A stretch of DNA of 64,000 nt from Candidatus Marinacidobacterales bacterium (GCA_965219415.1 OZ244742.1:960001-1024000), one strand, 5' to 3'; counted from the stretch's first letter, positions 42,310-53,140 are shown. A program made the numbers and translations. The notes: a model not told the origin generated them from the sequence alone.

Positions 42310-43492
42310 ATGATTGAAACCACCGAGTTCTCCGCCGATCTGTCGAACGCGACGTTTTCTTTGCTGGGACACCCGCGTGTTCCTATCTCGGAGTGGAAAC
42401 AGAGGGTGCTACAACTGGAGAAGCGGTACGGCATGGAGGTTTACGCCAGTCTCCTCTTCCTCTTGACACACCAACCCTTCGAAGCCGAAGACGCCAAGCG
42501 GCACTGGGAGAAAGTTCTCGATGTCTGGGACGCCTTGAGCCGAGCCGTGACCTGGGAGATCGATATTCGAGTCGCAGTGCTTCACTATTTCCTCGAGGTT
42601 CAAAAGACTCTCGAGAATCCGACGATCGTCGAGATTCGGTTCCTGAAAAAAGTCCAGGACTCCGTTATCCTCGATGACCTTACACAGCTCTACAACTATC
42701 GCTACTTCAGAGACCGAATCGATCAAGAGGTCAAGAGGGCGGTCCGCTACAACTCAGCAGTTTCCCTATTGATGATCGACGCCGACGACTTCAAGCTGTT
42801 CAACGATCGGAACGGTCACGATCGCGGGAACATCGCACTCCAGCAATTGGCGCAGGTGCTGAAGGAAGCGGTTCGCGAGGTGGACGTTATTACCCGATAC
42901 GGCGGAGAAGAGTTCGCCGTGATCTTGCCCGCCACGCTGAAACGAGGCGCTCTCGTGGCGGCCGAGAAGATCCGTCTCAAGATGGAAGAGACCAGGATTC
43001 CGGGCGAGTCCAAGCTGCCGAACAAGAACCTAACCGTCAGCATTGGCGCCGCCTGCGTACCGACCGACGCCAACACTACGACCGATTTGATTCGGCAGGC
43101 CGATTCCGCGCTCTACAAAGCCAAACGAATGGGAAAAAATCGCGTCGAGGCTTGCTCCGAGGAACGACGCTCGTTCCGCCGGCGCGACGCAGCCTTGTTG
43201 GGACGCCTGCATCTTCCCGATGACAAGTCAGTGCCCTTTACGACTTCCCAACGTCAGCCCCGGTGGCCTGCTTATCAATACCAGGGAGACCTTGGCCGAG
43301 GGCGGCGTCGTCCGGGTCGAGCTCGATTTCGCGCCCAATGAACGGACCATTACCTTCACCGGCAGCGTAGCTTGGGCATCCGGTCAGGAGCCACATTGTC
43401 ACGCCGGTATCAAGCTTCTTCACGTTGAACCGGCCGAGCTTTACCATTTCAAGGAATACCTCGCCAACGCCTGGCCAGACACCGGCGAGTAA
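42310..43492 (+). CDS. Diguanylate cyclase (GGEEF, RxxD I-site) fused to PilZ; 1-nt frameshift near 43250
   Basis: DDLTQLYNYR, NGHDRGN, REVD..RYGGEEF; ERRSFRR then NVSPGG in a shifted frame. Confidence 0.85.
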
Positions 43493-43607
43493 ATTCCTAC
43501 TCCCAGACACTTAAGTTACCCGCCGCCGTCCGGTGAGTCGGATAGTGCTGGACTCGCTCCGCTAACTATCTGTACACTCACTTGTCGAAGGAGCCTGAAC
43601 ATGCCAG

Positions 43608-43844
43608 ATGCGCAAAACCGATGGCTCAGTGATCTGCGTAGACGCGGTCCTGCCACCGATGGGGGATGTGGCGGGCACTCCCGCCAAGCTCCTCGACATT
43701 AACAAGCTGGGTTTCATTCCGGGTAAGGAGCGAACGCTGGAACAGTGGGAAGCTTTGTACAAGTCGGCAGGCTTCAAGATAACGTCGACCACACCGCTCC
43801 ACGACAACTTCGGGACGAGCATCGTAGAGGGGAAGAAAATCTGA
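43608..43844 (+). pseudogene. O-methyltransferase C-terminal fragment
   Basis: LLDINKLGFIPGKERTLEQWEALYKSAGF. Confidence 0.65.
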
Positions 43845-43962
43845 ACAACTGAGCCATCGAGAACTGTAGATGTTCATCCGTTGTTCCGATGCAGCACCGA
43901 ATGGTACGCCTCTCGGCACGCCTCTCAACGGTGGTACATTCTAGGAAAAGCGGAGCCGATCG

Positions 43963-45696
43963 GTGCAGACCAGTCCTTACGAAGAATACCTTTCCCAGGA
44001 CGGTCCAGACCTCGACACGCGGGTAGCACTCATCCGGGAGGCCATCCGGGGGTCGATCGACCGGCGCCCGGACGAGCACGCCAACGACGCCAACGTCCGT
44101 CACATGGAGGAGTTCTTCGCCTTTCTCGAGGATCGCTTCCCCGGCGACAGGTTCCGAGCCGAGACGCAACCGATCCCGAAGCACCTGATCCGTACAACGG
44201 ATCGAAACTTCATCGTGACCGTGCCCGGACGGACAACGGAGCGGATCGTGCTGGTTGCACACTACGATACATGGGCCGGCTTCTCGCGGGACGCCCCTGG
44301 GGCGGACGACAACTCGACCGGCGAGGAGATGCTGAAGCAGTACATTTTGCGCGACCTTCGCTCCGACTCCCCTCCACCCCTAACGCACGTCTACTTCTTC
44401 GCCGGCTCGGAAGAGTGCGGGACCCGCGGCCTGCTCTCGCAGTTGGGGCTCACGGTGGGACTTTCTCTCATAAGCCTGAGTATCTCGACCGCGCTGGCAG
44501 GCGCAACGAAGGGGTCCTTGTTTTACTTCTTGGCATCGGTTCCGTTTCTTCCGTTGGCACTCTATCGATTTGGAATCACGGGAACGCGGTACTTCATCGA
44601 GAACCTGTCCGAGACAGAGAAGGCATCGATACAGGCCGCGATTGCGGTGGACTCGGTCGGCGAAGGCCGTTTGTACATTCCAGAGAACGAGATGGGTGCC
44701 AATTTCATCCGTGCCATATTTCCTTACGAGGGCTCGGAAAGGCTCAATGATCTACTGGAGGAAGCCGCCCACCTTCACCACATCCCTTACAGCCGCTTCA
44801 TCGCGGGCGGGACGACCGATAGCGTTGCGTTCTTGGAGGAAAGGCCGATATTGCGTCGACGACGGCGAGAAAAGCACATTCCCGCCGCGGCTCTCATTAC
44901 GATGTCACCCGGAAAATGCAGCCCGTTCGTGGCAGGCGGGAAACTTCATACCGCGCAGGACACCCCGGACCGGGTCTACCCCAAACCGCTAGCCGAAGTG
45001 ATGACCATTCTGGACTACGCCTTCGACATACTCGAAGGAGGCGAGCGACCGTCGCGTCCTCGTGAGATTTCCGCGCACCATTACGCACGCCTCTACCGGG
45101 AGGGGGATGAGCTGTTCGCGGCACTGAAGGACGCCGTCGAACCCAACCGGCGGAATATCAATACGATCTTTCGGGTGAGCGGCGATGTGTCCGGCTCTCA
45201 GGCCAAGCTCAAAGCCGGTGAAGTGCTCTCGTGGGGTGTCGAGACCACGCTGGACAAAGAAATGCGCGACGCTAGACTGAGGGCGAAGCGAGTCGCGGTG
45301 GATGTCTTAGAGCTCGAAGACAAAAAAACTGCCGTGCGCTTCGAAGCGCCGCGTGGTCTCGGAAGGAGACTAAGCGCTTTGTTCAATGGGCTGATCGGCG
45401 GATTCGAGCATCTCATGGGCCGTTACTCCTTCCTCGCCATGTTCGCAAGCGCCATCGTCGTCGCCTTCATCCCGACCTCGGCGCTCGAGTGGGCAGTGAT
45501 ACGCTACCTTGCGGTCGCCCGATTCGTCACCGACTATTATCTCGTGACCGTCCTCGGAGTGATTTTCTTTCAGCTTGCGGTACTCTTCCGGCTGTTCACG
45601 CGTGACCTACCCGTTTGGATGGACAATGCCTATTTCCACGAAAGCCGCGCCGACAACCTCGGAAGTCTACGCCGGGCAAGTTCTCAGCCTCGATAG
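43963..45696 (+). CDS. M28-family metallopeptidase with membrane segments
   Basis: AHYDT, GADDNSTG, SEECG, LHTAQD. Confidence 0.8.
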   Translation: MQTSPYEEYLSQDGPDLDTRVALIREAIRGSIDRRPDEHANDANVRHMEEFFAFLEDRFPGDRFRAETQPIPKHLIRTTDRNFIVTVPGRTTERIVLVAHYDTWAGFSRDAPGADDNSTGEEMLKQYILRDLRSDSPPPLTHVYFFAGSEECGTRGLLSQLGLTVGLSLISLSISTALAGATKGSLFYFLASVPFLPLALYRFGITGTRYFIENLSETEKASIQAAIAVDSVGEGRLYIPENEMGANFIRAIFPYEGSERLNDLLEEAAHLHHIPYSRFIAGGTTDSVAFLEERPILRRRRREKHIPAAALITMSPGKCSPFVAGGKLHTAQDTPDRVYPKPLAEVMTILDYAFDILEGGERPSRPREISAHHYARLYREGDELFAALKDAVEPNRRNINTIFRVSGDVSGSQAKLKAGEVLSWGVETTLDKEMRDARLRAKRVAVDVLELEDKKTAVRFEAPRGLGRRLSALFNGLIGGFEHLMGRYSFLAMFASAIVVAFIPTSALEWAVIRYLAVARFVTDYYLVTVLGVIFFQLAVLFRLFTRDLPVWMDNAYFHESRADNLGSLRRASSQPR

Positions 45697-46428
45697 GCGA
45701 TAGTCTCGAAGCGCCGCATCATGGCCCAAAGAGCCGCCAACAACGTGACCGCACCGATCGACAAGTAGATCCACCATCCCCCGCCTCCGTTCGCGGCCTC
45801 CCAATACGCCTTGAAGGCCCAGTATGGCGGATAGACCCCGGCGAGAAATTGCCAGGGCTCGCGGATGAAATACGCCGCTAGAGGAATCAACCCCGCACCG
45901 CTAAAGGCTTTCATGATAGCGAAGGCCTGTACCTTACTGTCCGAAAAGGTAGCGATGAAAAGAGTCGCAATGCCACCCAGGACCGATCCCACCAGTGATA
46001 TCGGGAATAAGAGCTGCGACCGAAGGAAGTCCGACACCCACGATCATTGCAAACATCGCCGTAAAGACAGCCCCCAGAAAGATCGGAATACTCGAGTGAT
46101 AAAGCAGATAGTGTTTGAGAGAGACGGGAGACACCATCAAAGCCTTCAAGGTGCGGTCTTCCCGAGACTCGAGAAGTATGAATCCGATGATCATTCCGAT
46201 AAGCGGTGCCGCGGTGCCCAGAGCGGCGGAGCTCGCGATCAAGACCCAGTAGGGCTCCAGATCGAAACCATGGCGCGCGCGGAGAAGTTCAGTGACGGCG
46301 GGCAGGGCGAACCTCAACAAGACAGCCAGGCCCAGAACGAAGACGGGCATCCCTACCAGGAAACGATCCCTGGAAACCAACTTGACGTCGGTGGCTGCCT
46401 GGTGGCTCGCTAGTTCCAGGGCCCGCAT
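45684..46428 (-). CDS. ABC exporter permease (frameshift near 46020)
   Basis: LLESREDRTLKALMVSP, DSKVQAFAIMK, PPYWA; multiple TM segments. Confidence 0.75.
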
Positions 46429-46431
46429 CGC

Positions 46432-47139
46432 TTAACGCCCGCCTCTCACGATGTACTTGGTGAACTCAGACTCGGCTAGCCGGTAGCCTGCCACCAGCGC
46501 AACGAAACTGTACACGACGGCGTAGACCCACTCCCAATCCGCAATCGGTTGGAAAGCGCCTTTCATCAACAGCAATGGCGCTTGAGTCGGGATGAGATAC
46601 CAGATGGGGTTCGGCCAAATATCCAAGGCATGAAGAAAAGGAAGCTGAAGGACCATGCCTGCGAGAATTGCCCCCGGTATCAGGAACTCCGTGACGGAAT
46701 CGTAGCGGACCACTTGCGCCGTCCCGACGAGCGCGTAGAGGGCACCCATGACGAGGACACCCGCCAGGAGTGGAGCTGCATGGAAGTCAGCGATCCCGTA
46801 TGCAAGGAGCAGGACGATGATGCTCTCCACCAGACCAAAACCGGCCAATGTCAAGACTTTGGAAAAGATGTATTCACGCGTCGGCAGCGGCGAGACGATC
46901 ACCGCGTCCAAAGTGTGCTCCCCTTTTTCGAAAAGCACCATAGCCGCTACGAACATGTAGGTCGTGCCTAGCAGCGCCCCCAGGAAGAAGACCGGCAGCA
47001 GCACGCGGATGACTTCCGGGTTCAGGAAGTACCTAGCCGCCAGCCCTACCACCAAAGCAACGCCTACGCCGACCTGATAAAGCTTGTTCCTCGACTGGAG
47101 CTGGATATCCAGCCGTAAGGTCGAAGCAAATCTATTCAC
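46432..47139 (-). CDS. ABC exporter permease (fluoroquinolone-export type)
   Basis: VLFEKGEHTLDAVIVSPL..EYIFSK. Confidence 0.82.
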   Translation of the reverse strand: MNRFASTLRLDIQLQSRNKLYQVGVGVALVVGLAARYFLNPEVIRVLLPVFFLGALLGTTYMFVAAMVLFEKGEHTLDAVIVSPLPTREYIFSKVLTLAGFGLVESIIVLLLAYGIADFHAAPLLAGVLVMGALYALVGTAQVVRYDSVTEFLIPGAILAGMVLQLPFLHALDIWPNPIWYLIPTQAPLLLMKGAFQPIADWEWVYAVVYSFVALVAGYRLAESEFTKYIVRGGR

Positions 47140-47990
47140 GCAAGCGCTCTCCCGGTGACTTCGAGGAAGACTTCCTCGAGAGTGGTCTCCTGGCTGTGGA
47201 CGGTCTCCACGCGGTGCTCGCGGATCGTTCCAAGGAAGTCCTCGTTTTCGCCCAATCCGTCGAGCGGGAACTCACGGGTCTCGATGCCCTTCTCGGACGC
47301 TACCTCGAGCTTGATGGCACGGCTGCCGTAGCGGCGTTTGAGCGTCTTTGGCGCGTCGACGATCTTGAGCTCACCGTCGACAATAAAACCCACGCGGTGG
47401 CAGAGCTCATCCGCGACCATCATGTCGTGGGTGGTGAGAAACGTCGTTGTCCCACGCGACTGACGTTCCTGGACGATCTTTCGAATGTTCTTGGAATTCG
47501 CGGGATCGAGGCCGGTCGTTGGTTCATCGAGAAACCACAGCCGGGGCCGGTGCAAAAGGCTGCGCGCCAAGTTGAGCCGATTCTTCATACCCTTGGAGAA
47601 CTGGCCCACCGGAACGTCGATCTCCTCCTCGAGCCCGACCATTCGCAGTAGGTCCACCGGCTCTTCCGCCTCGCTATTGTACAAGGCTCGAAAGTATTCG
47701 AGGTTCTCCCTGGCGGTGAGCTTGAGATAGTGGTTTGGAAATTCGAAGGACACCCCGATCGACTCGTAGTAATCGAGGCCCCAGTCTTCTAGCTCCTTTC
47801 CCATGACGCGGACATCCCCCTGAAATCCCTTCAGAATCCCGATCAAAATGTTCTGGATGGTGGTCTTCCCTGCCCCGTTCGGCCCCAAGAGACCGAAAAC
47901 TTCGCCGTCCTTGATCTCGAAGTCGACGTTTCGGACCGCGGGTTGCTGGCCTGCGGTGTATGTGAAACTCAGATTCTTGGCCTCGATCAA
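47136..47990 (-). CDS. ABC transporter ATP-binding protein
   Basis: GPNGAGKT, FSKGM, LDEPT; start uncertain (TTG at 47990 or 48017). Confidence 0.92.
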   Translation of the reverse strand: MIEAKNLSFTYTAGQQPAVRNVDFEIKDGEVFGLLGPNGAGKTTIQNILIGILKGFQGDVRVMGKELEDWGLDYYESIGVSFEFPNHYLKLTARENLEYFRALYNSEAEEPVDLLRMVGLEEEIDVPVGQFSKGMKNRLNLARSLLHRPRLWFLDEPTTGLDPANSKNIRKIVQERQSRGTTTFLTTHDMMVADELCHRVGFIVDGELKIVDAPKTLKRRYGSRAIKLEVASEKGIETREFPLDGLGENEDFLGTIREHRVETVHSQETTLEEVFLEVTGRALA

Positions 47991-47997
47991 GGCGATC

Positions 47998-48858
47998 TCA
48001 CTCTCCGTGGGTGGCAATTACCGAATCCGATTTGACGTGTAGATCGCGCTGAGGAAACGGTATTTGGATGTCGTGGCGACGAAACGCCGCGTCAATGGCG
48101 TAGTTGAGACGGCTCTTCAATTGAAGGTGCCGGGGAGGGTTGTCGGTCCATACCAGGAGCTCGAAGTTCAACGATGAGTCCCCGAACTCGGTGAATCTCA
48201 CCTCCGGAGGTGGCTGTCGGAGCACACCGTCGTCGGCAGAGGCAACCTGGTAGAGGGTCTCGGTCACCAGTTCCACATCGGACCCATACGCCACTCCAAC
48301 CGGTACGTGAATCCTGACCGTTGGATCCCCGTGGGACCAGTTAATGACCGGCTGATTGATGAACTGCGAGTTCGGGACGATGATGGAGATGTTGTCATTG
48401 GTCACGATGGTCGTCGAGCGAAAGTGGATGTCGACGACATTGCCCTCGACGTTCTCGATGGTAACCCGATCGTTGATTCGAATCGGCTGTTCCAGCAGGA
48501 GCACCAGTCCGGAGACGAAATTGGAGACCACGCTCTGGAGACCGAATCCGATACCGACGCCTAGTGCACCGGCCACCACCGTCAGCGCCGTCAGGTCGAT
48601 CCCTAAGAGCTCGAGTGCAATGAGGAGCCCCACCATCCAGACCGAGTACTGAACGACTCGGATGATGACGAATCGCGGCGCCGGGTCGACTTTGACCAGA
48701 ACGTGATCTCCCAGTAACCTGCGCGCCGAGCGGGCGAGGTATCGGGTGATGAAAAGGGCGATGGCGAACAGCAAGATATGCTGAAGGGTTATGTTATTGC
48801 CTCCGACTTGCACGATTTGAAAGTTGAGAATTTGGTTCCATCGTTCAATCCATTCCAT
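47998..48858 (-). CDS. MscS-family mechanosensitive channel
   Basis: GALGVGIGFGLQ, VPNS, VGVAYGSD, IPFPQRDL. Confidence 0.92.
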   Translation of the reverse strand: MEWIERWNQILNFQIVQVGGNNITLQHILLFAIALFITRYLARSARRLLGDHVLVKVDPAPRFVIIRVVQYSVWMVGLLIALELLGIDLTALTVVAGALGVGIGFGLQSVVSNFVSGLVLLLEQPIRINDRVTIENVEGNVVDIHFRSTTIVTNDNISIIVPNSQFINQPVINWSHGDPTVRIHVPVGVAYGSDVELVTETLYQVASADDGVLRQPPPEVRFTEFGDSSLNFELLVWTDNPPRHLQLKSRLNYAIDAAFRRHDIQIPFPQRDLHVKSDSVIATHGE

Positions 48859-48976
48859 AGCGTCCCTCGTTTAGCCTAATGGGTTGGCGCTATTCTACTG
48901 TTTCCGGCGGCAAGAGTGGTTCTAGACTAGGGGGGGCCCTCACACTACCTGGGAACAAAGCAACGGGAGGCTTTAC

Positions 48977-49271
48977 TTGGAGCTAGTACTGTTGGGCTTG
49001 GCTGCGCTCGCGGTGGTTCTCACTCTAACCGCAGCGACGTTGGGGTTACTGTGGGCGGCCTTCAAGCTCCTCTTCTTCCTTGCTGCTAGTCCCGGCAAAG
49101 CTTCTGGGGGCGCTGGCTGGAGGTATGGCGGAGCTGGTGTTGTTTCCGGTCAAGTTGCTGATGCTGCTTTTCCTTCTGGCGTGCCTCGTTGTCGGCCTAG
49201 TGGTATTGCCGCTTTTTTTGCCGATCCTGTTGATCTGCGCGGCGGTCTACGCACTTGCCGCGTGCCTCTAG
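48977..49271 (+). CDS. Small hydrophobic membrane protein (frameshift near 49080)
   Basis: GGGAGG RBS; Leu-rich hydrophobic sequence split over two frames. Confidence 0.5.
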
Positions 49272-50392
49272 TCCGACGGTAGCTCCATTCGCAATTTGAG
49301 CCGCTTCATCAAATCGGCGCGCGTCACGATCCCGACCAACGTCTCACCGTCCATGACCGGAATCAACGTATCGTCGCTCACAACCATGGAAAGCAACCGG
49401 GTGGCGTCGTCCTCAGGAGATACGACCTGCCTGAAAACGTCCTGGCGCATGACCTCCCTCGCCCGCACCTGATTCCACCGAGAGCGCTCGACAGCTTGGA
49501 TCTCTCGAAGCCCGAGTAGACCCACCAGTCTGTTGTTTTCCAAGACGGGGAGATTCGTGGTCCCGCTCGGCAGAACCACCCCATCGACGATCTCCTCGAG
49601 AGTCGCCTCCGGAGACACCGAGAGCACGTGCCGGTTCATAAGGTCTGCGGCCCTTACACCTTTTAGAACGTCCTTCACCAACATCTGCTGGTAACTGGCG
49701 CGTGCCGCGTTGCGAAGAAAGAGTCCGATGAAAAGATACCAGATGCCCCCGATGAGATTTCCAAAGGGTAGAACGTAGACGAGGCCCAGCAGCATGATAA
49801 GCACGCCAAATCCGGAACCGACGATGCTGGCGGTACGAGTCGCGTATCGAAGATTCCCCCAAATTCCCCATAGCAAGGCCCGCAAGACCCTTCCGCCGTC
49901 CAAGGGGAACCCCGGCACCAAGTTGAAGACCACCAGGATCGCATTCATTAGGGCCAGATACTTCACGACCCCTAGCACCGACTCGTCAAACCATCCCAGG
50001 CCGAGGGAGTACAAGCTACCGAAACCGACGGCCAGCGCGACACTCATCGCAGGACCCGCCACGGCGACTTTGAGCTCCGCCTTCGCACTGGGTGGCTCAT
50101 CGAGCATCTCCGCTGCACCGCCGAAAAAAAACAGCGTGATCCCCCGCATCGCAATCCCTTCACGGAGAGCGACCACGGCATGTGACAGCTCGTGGGCGAG
50201 CACCGAGCCGAAGAGAAGCATCGCAGAAGCGAGACCCATCACGATCCACGTCGGCCATCCCAGGGCTGGGTGGTCACGCGAAAATGTGACGCCCAAGGTG
50301 GCGGTCAGCAGCACGACGATGACCAGCCAGGAAAGGTCCACCTTGATGGGGATCCCGAAAATGGTCGCGACCCGGAAGGAACGCCCGATCAC
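49268..50392 (-). CDS. Site-2 protease (M50) with CBS domains
   Basis: HELSH, NLVPGFPLDGG, two CBS domains; GTG start overlaps the upstream TGA. Confidence 0.9.
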   Translation of the reverse strand: MIGRSFRVATIFGIPIKVDLSWLVIVVLLTATLGVTFSRDHPALGWPTWIVMGLASAMLLFGSVLAHELSHAVVALREGIAMRGITLFFFGGAAEMLDEPPSAKAELKVAVAGPAMSVALAVGFGSLYSLGLGWFDESVLGVVKYLALMNAILVVFNLVPGFPLDGGRVLRALLWGIWGNLRYATRTASIVGSGFGVLIMLLGLVYVLPFGNLIGGIWYLFIGLFLRNAARASYQQMLVKDVLKGVRAADLMNRHVLSVSPEATLEEIVDGVVLPSGTTNLPVLENNRLVGLLGLREIQAVERSRWNQVRAREVMRQDVFRQVVSPEDDATRLLSMVVSDDTLIPVMDGETLVGIVTRADLMKRLKLRMELPSD

Positions 50393-51888
50393 AGTCGGTT
50401 CGATCTCCCGGGCTTGCGGCTGAGAGGTGGGTCGACGACCTTGAGGAGCGTTCCGGCCTCGACGGGATCCTCCGGCTCTAGATTGTTGAGCAGTGCTAGC
50501 TCTTCGATCGACTCGTCCCCCGCTCCTGAATCCAAAAACGCTTTCCTTGCGGTCGTGTTGCCCGGCACAGAATAAAGGACAATGCGATGGGGCTGGATGT
50601 CGAGCGCTCGACGATCGGAGAGACGAGCAAAGCTTTCGATGACGGCAAGAAAGGTGTTCCGATAACTTCGGTAGCGTTGTTCGTAGGTATAGCCCAAGAT
50701 TTCGTAGGCGGTTTCCCCGTCTACTACGAAGCCAGCCTGCCCGGTGAGCACGCCTTGCGATGACTGGACACGAAAAGGAGCCCGGTAAGCCGGAAACCCG
50801 CCGACTCGGATCCGCTCGCCGGTTCCGAACTCGACGATCTTGTTTTGTTGGAAAAAGCGGGTAGCGTATTGTTCCGGCCACGTTCCTTCCTCTACCGGCG
50901 TCCCAGTAAGCTGAAGAGCGGCGTCACGCTCGGGAGGAGCGGAGTAAACGGCCCGGGGCGTGTTCTGAACGTTCCAACCCGTTGGGAAGTCCAACTGGAA
51001 GCGCAAATCGGGGTGCTTGAATCGATTCCCGTCCATGAATCCTTCGCGAGGGTTCTCACCGAAGATGACTCCTTCGAGACGTCGCTTGAACTCCTCTTCC
51101 TTTACCACCAGCGACCGATTCCCCGCCTGCGCTTGGACCAACTGGAGTATGTGCCCCTTCCGATCCTCAGGATCGGGGTGAGTGGAGAGCCAACCGGGCA
51201 TATCGTTGCCTGACCGTTCTCCCATTCGGTCGAGGACGTCGAAAAAAGCGGCCATCGCGGTGGGGTCATATCCCGCCGCCAACGAATAACGAACCCCAAG
51301 GGTGTCGGATTCTCGCTCGTCGTCCCGGCTGAACTTCCGGAACCACACACCCACTCCAGTTTGTAGTAAGTCCCCGAAGGGCCGTACCTCCGGTACCACG
51401 ATCGACCCAACCCCTAGGCCAATTCCCGCTAACTGAGCCCGAGAAATCTGCTGCACACTATGGCGAGCTGTGATGTGCCCAATCTCGTGTCCAAGAATCC
51501 CCACCATGGCCGCTTCGCTGTTCATGTAGGCGAGAATGCCGCGCGTCAAGTAGACGTACCCGCCCGGAATCGCTAGGGCGTTGACCACTGGCGAGTCGAG
51601 GACCTGAACCTTCCACGGCAGATGCGGCCGTTCGGCGTTTTGGGCGAGCCGGAGCCCGATGTCGGAGACATAGGAAGCCAACTCGTCATCGTCATAAAGG
51701 CCCATGCTCCGGGTCACCTGGCGATCGCCGGACGCGCCCATCTCGATTTCTTGCGCTTCGCTGACCAGGACCAGGTCTTTCTTGCCCGTCGCCGGGTTCG
51801 TCGCGCAGGCGAACGCCGAGAGGAAGATGACGCCGAGGGAGGAGAGCTTCAACCAGCTTGGGTACGACGGTGGGACGGTTTTGGCCAT
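50389..51888 (-). CDS. M48-family metalloprotease lipoprotein
   Basis: AFAC lipobox, NALAIPGG, GHEIGH, FSRDDE, LSTHP. Confidence 0.88.
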   Translation of the reverse strand: MAKTVPPSYPSWLKLSSLGVIFLSAFACATNPATGKKDLVLVSEAQEIEMGASGDRQVTRSMGLYDDDELASYVSDIGLRLAQNAERPHLPWKVQVLDSPVVNALAIPGGYVYLTRGILAYMNSEAAMVGILGHEIGHITARHSVQQISRAQLAGIGLGVGSIVVPEVRPFGDLLQTGVGVWFRKFSRDDERESDTLGVRYSLAAGYDPTAMAAFFDVLDRMGERSGNDMPGWLSTHPDPEDRKGHILQLVQAQAGNRSLVVKEEEFKRRLEGVIFGENPREGFMDGNRFKHPDLRFQLDFPTGWNVQNTPRAVYSAPPERDAALQLTGTPVEEGTWPEQYATRFFQQNKIVEFGTGERIRVGGFPAYRAPFRVQSSQGVLTGQAGFVVDGETAYEILGYTYEQRYRSYRNTFLAVIESFARLSDRRALDIQPHRIVLYSVPGNTTARKAFLDSGAGDESIEELALLNNLEPEDPVEAGTLLKVVDPPLSRKPGRSNRL

Positions 51889-51925
51889 GGGGATTGGCCC
51901 TTCAGATGTTCCTAGACATTCTTGG

Positions 51926-52255
51926 TTATTCTTGGTCGGGCGATTCAGGCTCACTCGGCGGCGAGAGCACTCCCGCCCCCTTCACGAGCGCCGAGAACAG
52001 CATCGGAGCGCCCCAGCCAGCGATCTGCCCGAGCGCCCGGGCGAACATTGCGGGGCGCCTCACAATGAAGATGCCGAGCACCGCCCCTGCTCCAGCCATC
52101 AGGACCGGATGGCGACGCACGACGTTCACCGGATTGAAGCTCTCGTTTATGCGAGTCTCCATGGCGGAAAGGTCGGCCTCGATCCGAGCCCGATTGTTAG
52201 CGAGCGACTGCCGGAGCTCGCGAGCGGTTTTTCTGTCCCCGTTCTTCCCGCTCAC
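51926..52255 (-). CDS. Hypothetical membrane-anchored protein (YqjK/DUF3618-like)
   Basis: Coiled coil, then RRHPVLMAGAGAVLG; in an operon with YqjE-like and YtxH-like genes. Confidence 0.6.
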   Translation of the reverse strand: MSGKNGDRKTARELRQSLANNRARIEADLSAMETRINESFNPVNVVRRHPVLMAGAGAVLGIFIVRRPAMFARALGQIAGWGAPMLFSALVKGAGVLSPPSEPESPDQE

Positions 52256-52686
52256 TCGTTACCCCCCGTCTCGCCTGTCGAGTTTGTCGGGCCGCGAACC
52301 TGCAAGAGCCAGAATCCGGCGACCATGTAGACCCCCCCCAGCACCAACAGCACGGGTGACCATGAGCCGAGCCAGCGGTGTAGCAGCAAAGCCATGCCGC
52401 CCGTGGCAAGCCCACCGCCGGCAGCCAAGAAGGCGACGGCAATCACGGTGCGAACCGCGTCTTCTCGGAAGCGGCCGAGCTCTTCCTTGAGCGAGGCTCC
52501 GACCAGATTCGCTCCGTCCTCGACCGCTTGCACCACGCCGACGAGAATCCGCCGCGCTAGTTCGAAAGTGGACGGGTCATCGGAACCGGGGGAATCGGGA
52601 GCGGACTCCGCCTGAGCTTCCGGCGTCGTCTGTTCCAATTCAGGCGCGTCGGACACTTCACGCACCGTAGTGCCGGGTTCCCGCAT
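52252..52686 (-). CDS. Phage-holin superfamily III / YqjE-like membrane protein
   Basis: Amphipathic helix followed by two TM helices. Confidence 0.55.
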   Translation of the reverse strand: MREPGTTVREVSDAPELEQTTPEAQAESAPDSPGSDDPSTFELARRILVGVVQAVEDGANLVGASLKEELGRFREDAVRTVIAVAFLAAGGGLATGGMALLLHRWLGSWSPVLLVLGGVYMVAGFWLLQVRGPTNSTGETGGNE

Positions 52687-52689
52687 AGC

Positions 52690-53013
52690 TCAGTTCTTGG
52701 AGAAGCTGCGGGCCGCCTTCTTCACGCCGTCCGACGCCTCGCCGTAGGCCTCCTGGCTGGTGCGCGCCGCCTTCTTTACTCCTTCCGACGCCTCGCCAAA
52801 GGCCTCCTGGCCTCGGCCATAGGTCTCTTCCCCCTGCTCGCGGAGCTCGGACAAAGCGCCTTGCGCTTTGTCCCTAAGCTTCTTACCTTCCTCCGCCAAC
52901 GTATCCTGTAGCTCCTTCCGAGCCTTGGGTGCCAACAGAAGGGCTCCCATGACTCCGATAGCGGCTCCGACGAAAAAACCGACTAAGAAATTGTCTCCAC
53001 TGTTGTTCGACAT
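52690..53013 (-). CDS. YtxH-domain protein
   Basis: FLVGFFVGAAIGVMGALLLAPK; internal repeat QEAxGEASxGVKKAAR x2. Confidence 0.85.
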   Translation of the reverse strand: MSNNSGDNFLVGFFVGAAIGVMGALLLAPKARKELQDTLAEEGKKLRDKAQGALSELREQGEETYGRGQEAFGEASEGVKKAARTSQEAYGEASDGVKKAARSFSKN

Positions 53014-53066
53014 GACGTCACCTCCTTGCTCGAGCAAGGTTAATAATAGTCTCCGCTTCCGTTATT

Positions 53067-53140
53067 CCCTCTCCCTTCCGCCTTCGCTGAAAGCTCCGGC
53101 GGACCCGCCGAAGTCCTTGACGTAGGCGGGCTGGGAGAGG
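53067..53140. repeat. Nested REP-like palindromic element
   Basis: CCTCTCCC..GGGAGAGG enclosing CCGCCTTCGCTGAAAGCTCCGGCGG and CCCGCCGAAG..TAGGCGGG. Confidence 0.55.

Noticed and set aside
42046-42372. Minus-strand 108-aa ORF
   Set aside because: It overlaps the diguanylate cyclase start and has no recognisable motifs; at most a gene remnant
52252-52686. Holin as evidence of a prophage
   Set aside because: The context (YtxH-like and YqjK-like neighbours) is the common chromosomal stress cluster; no endolysin is present
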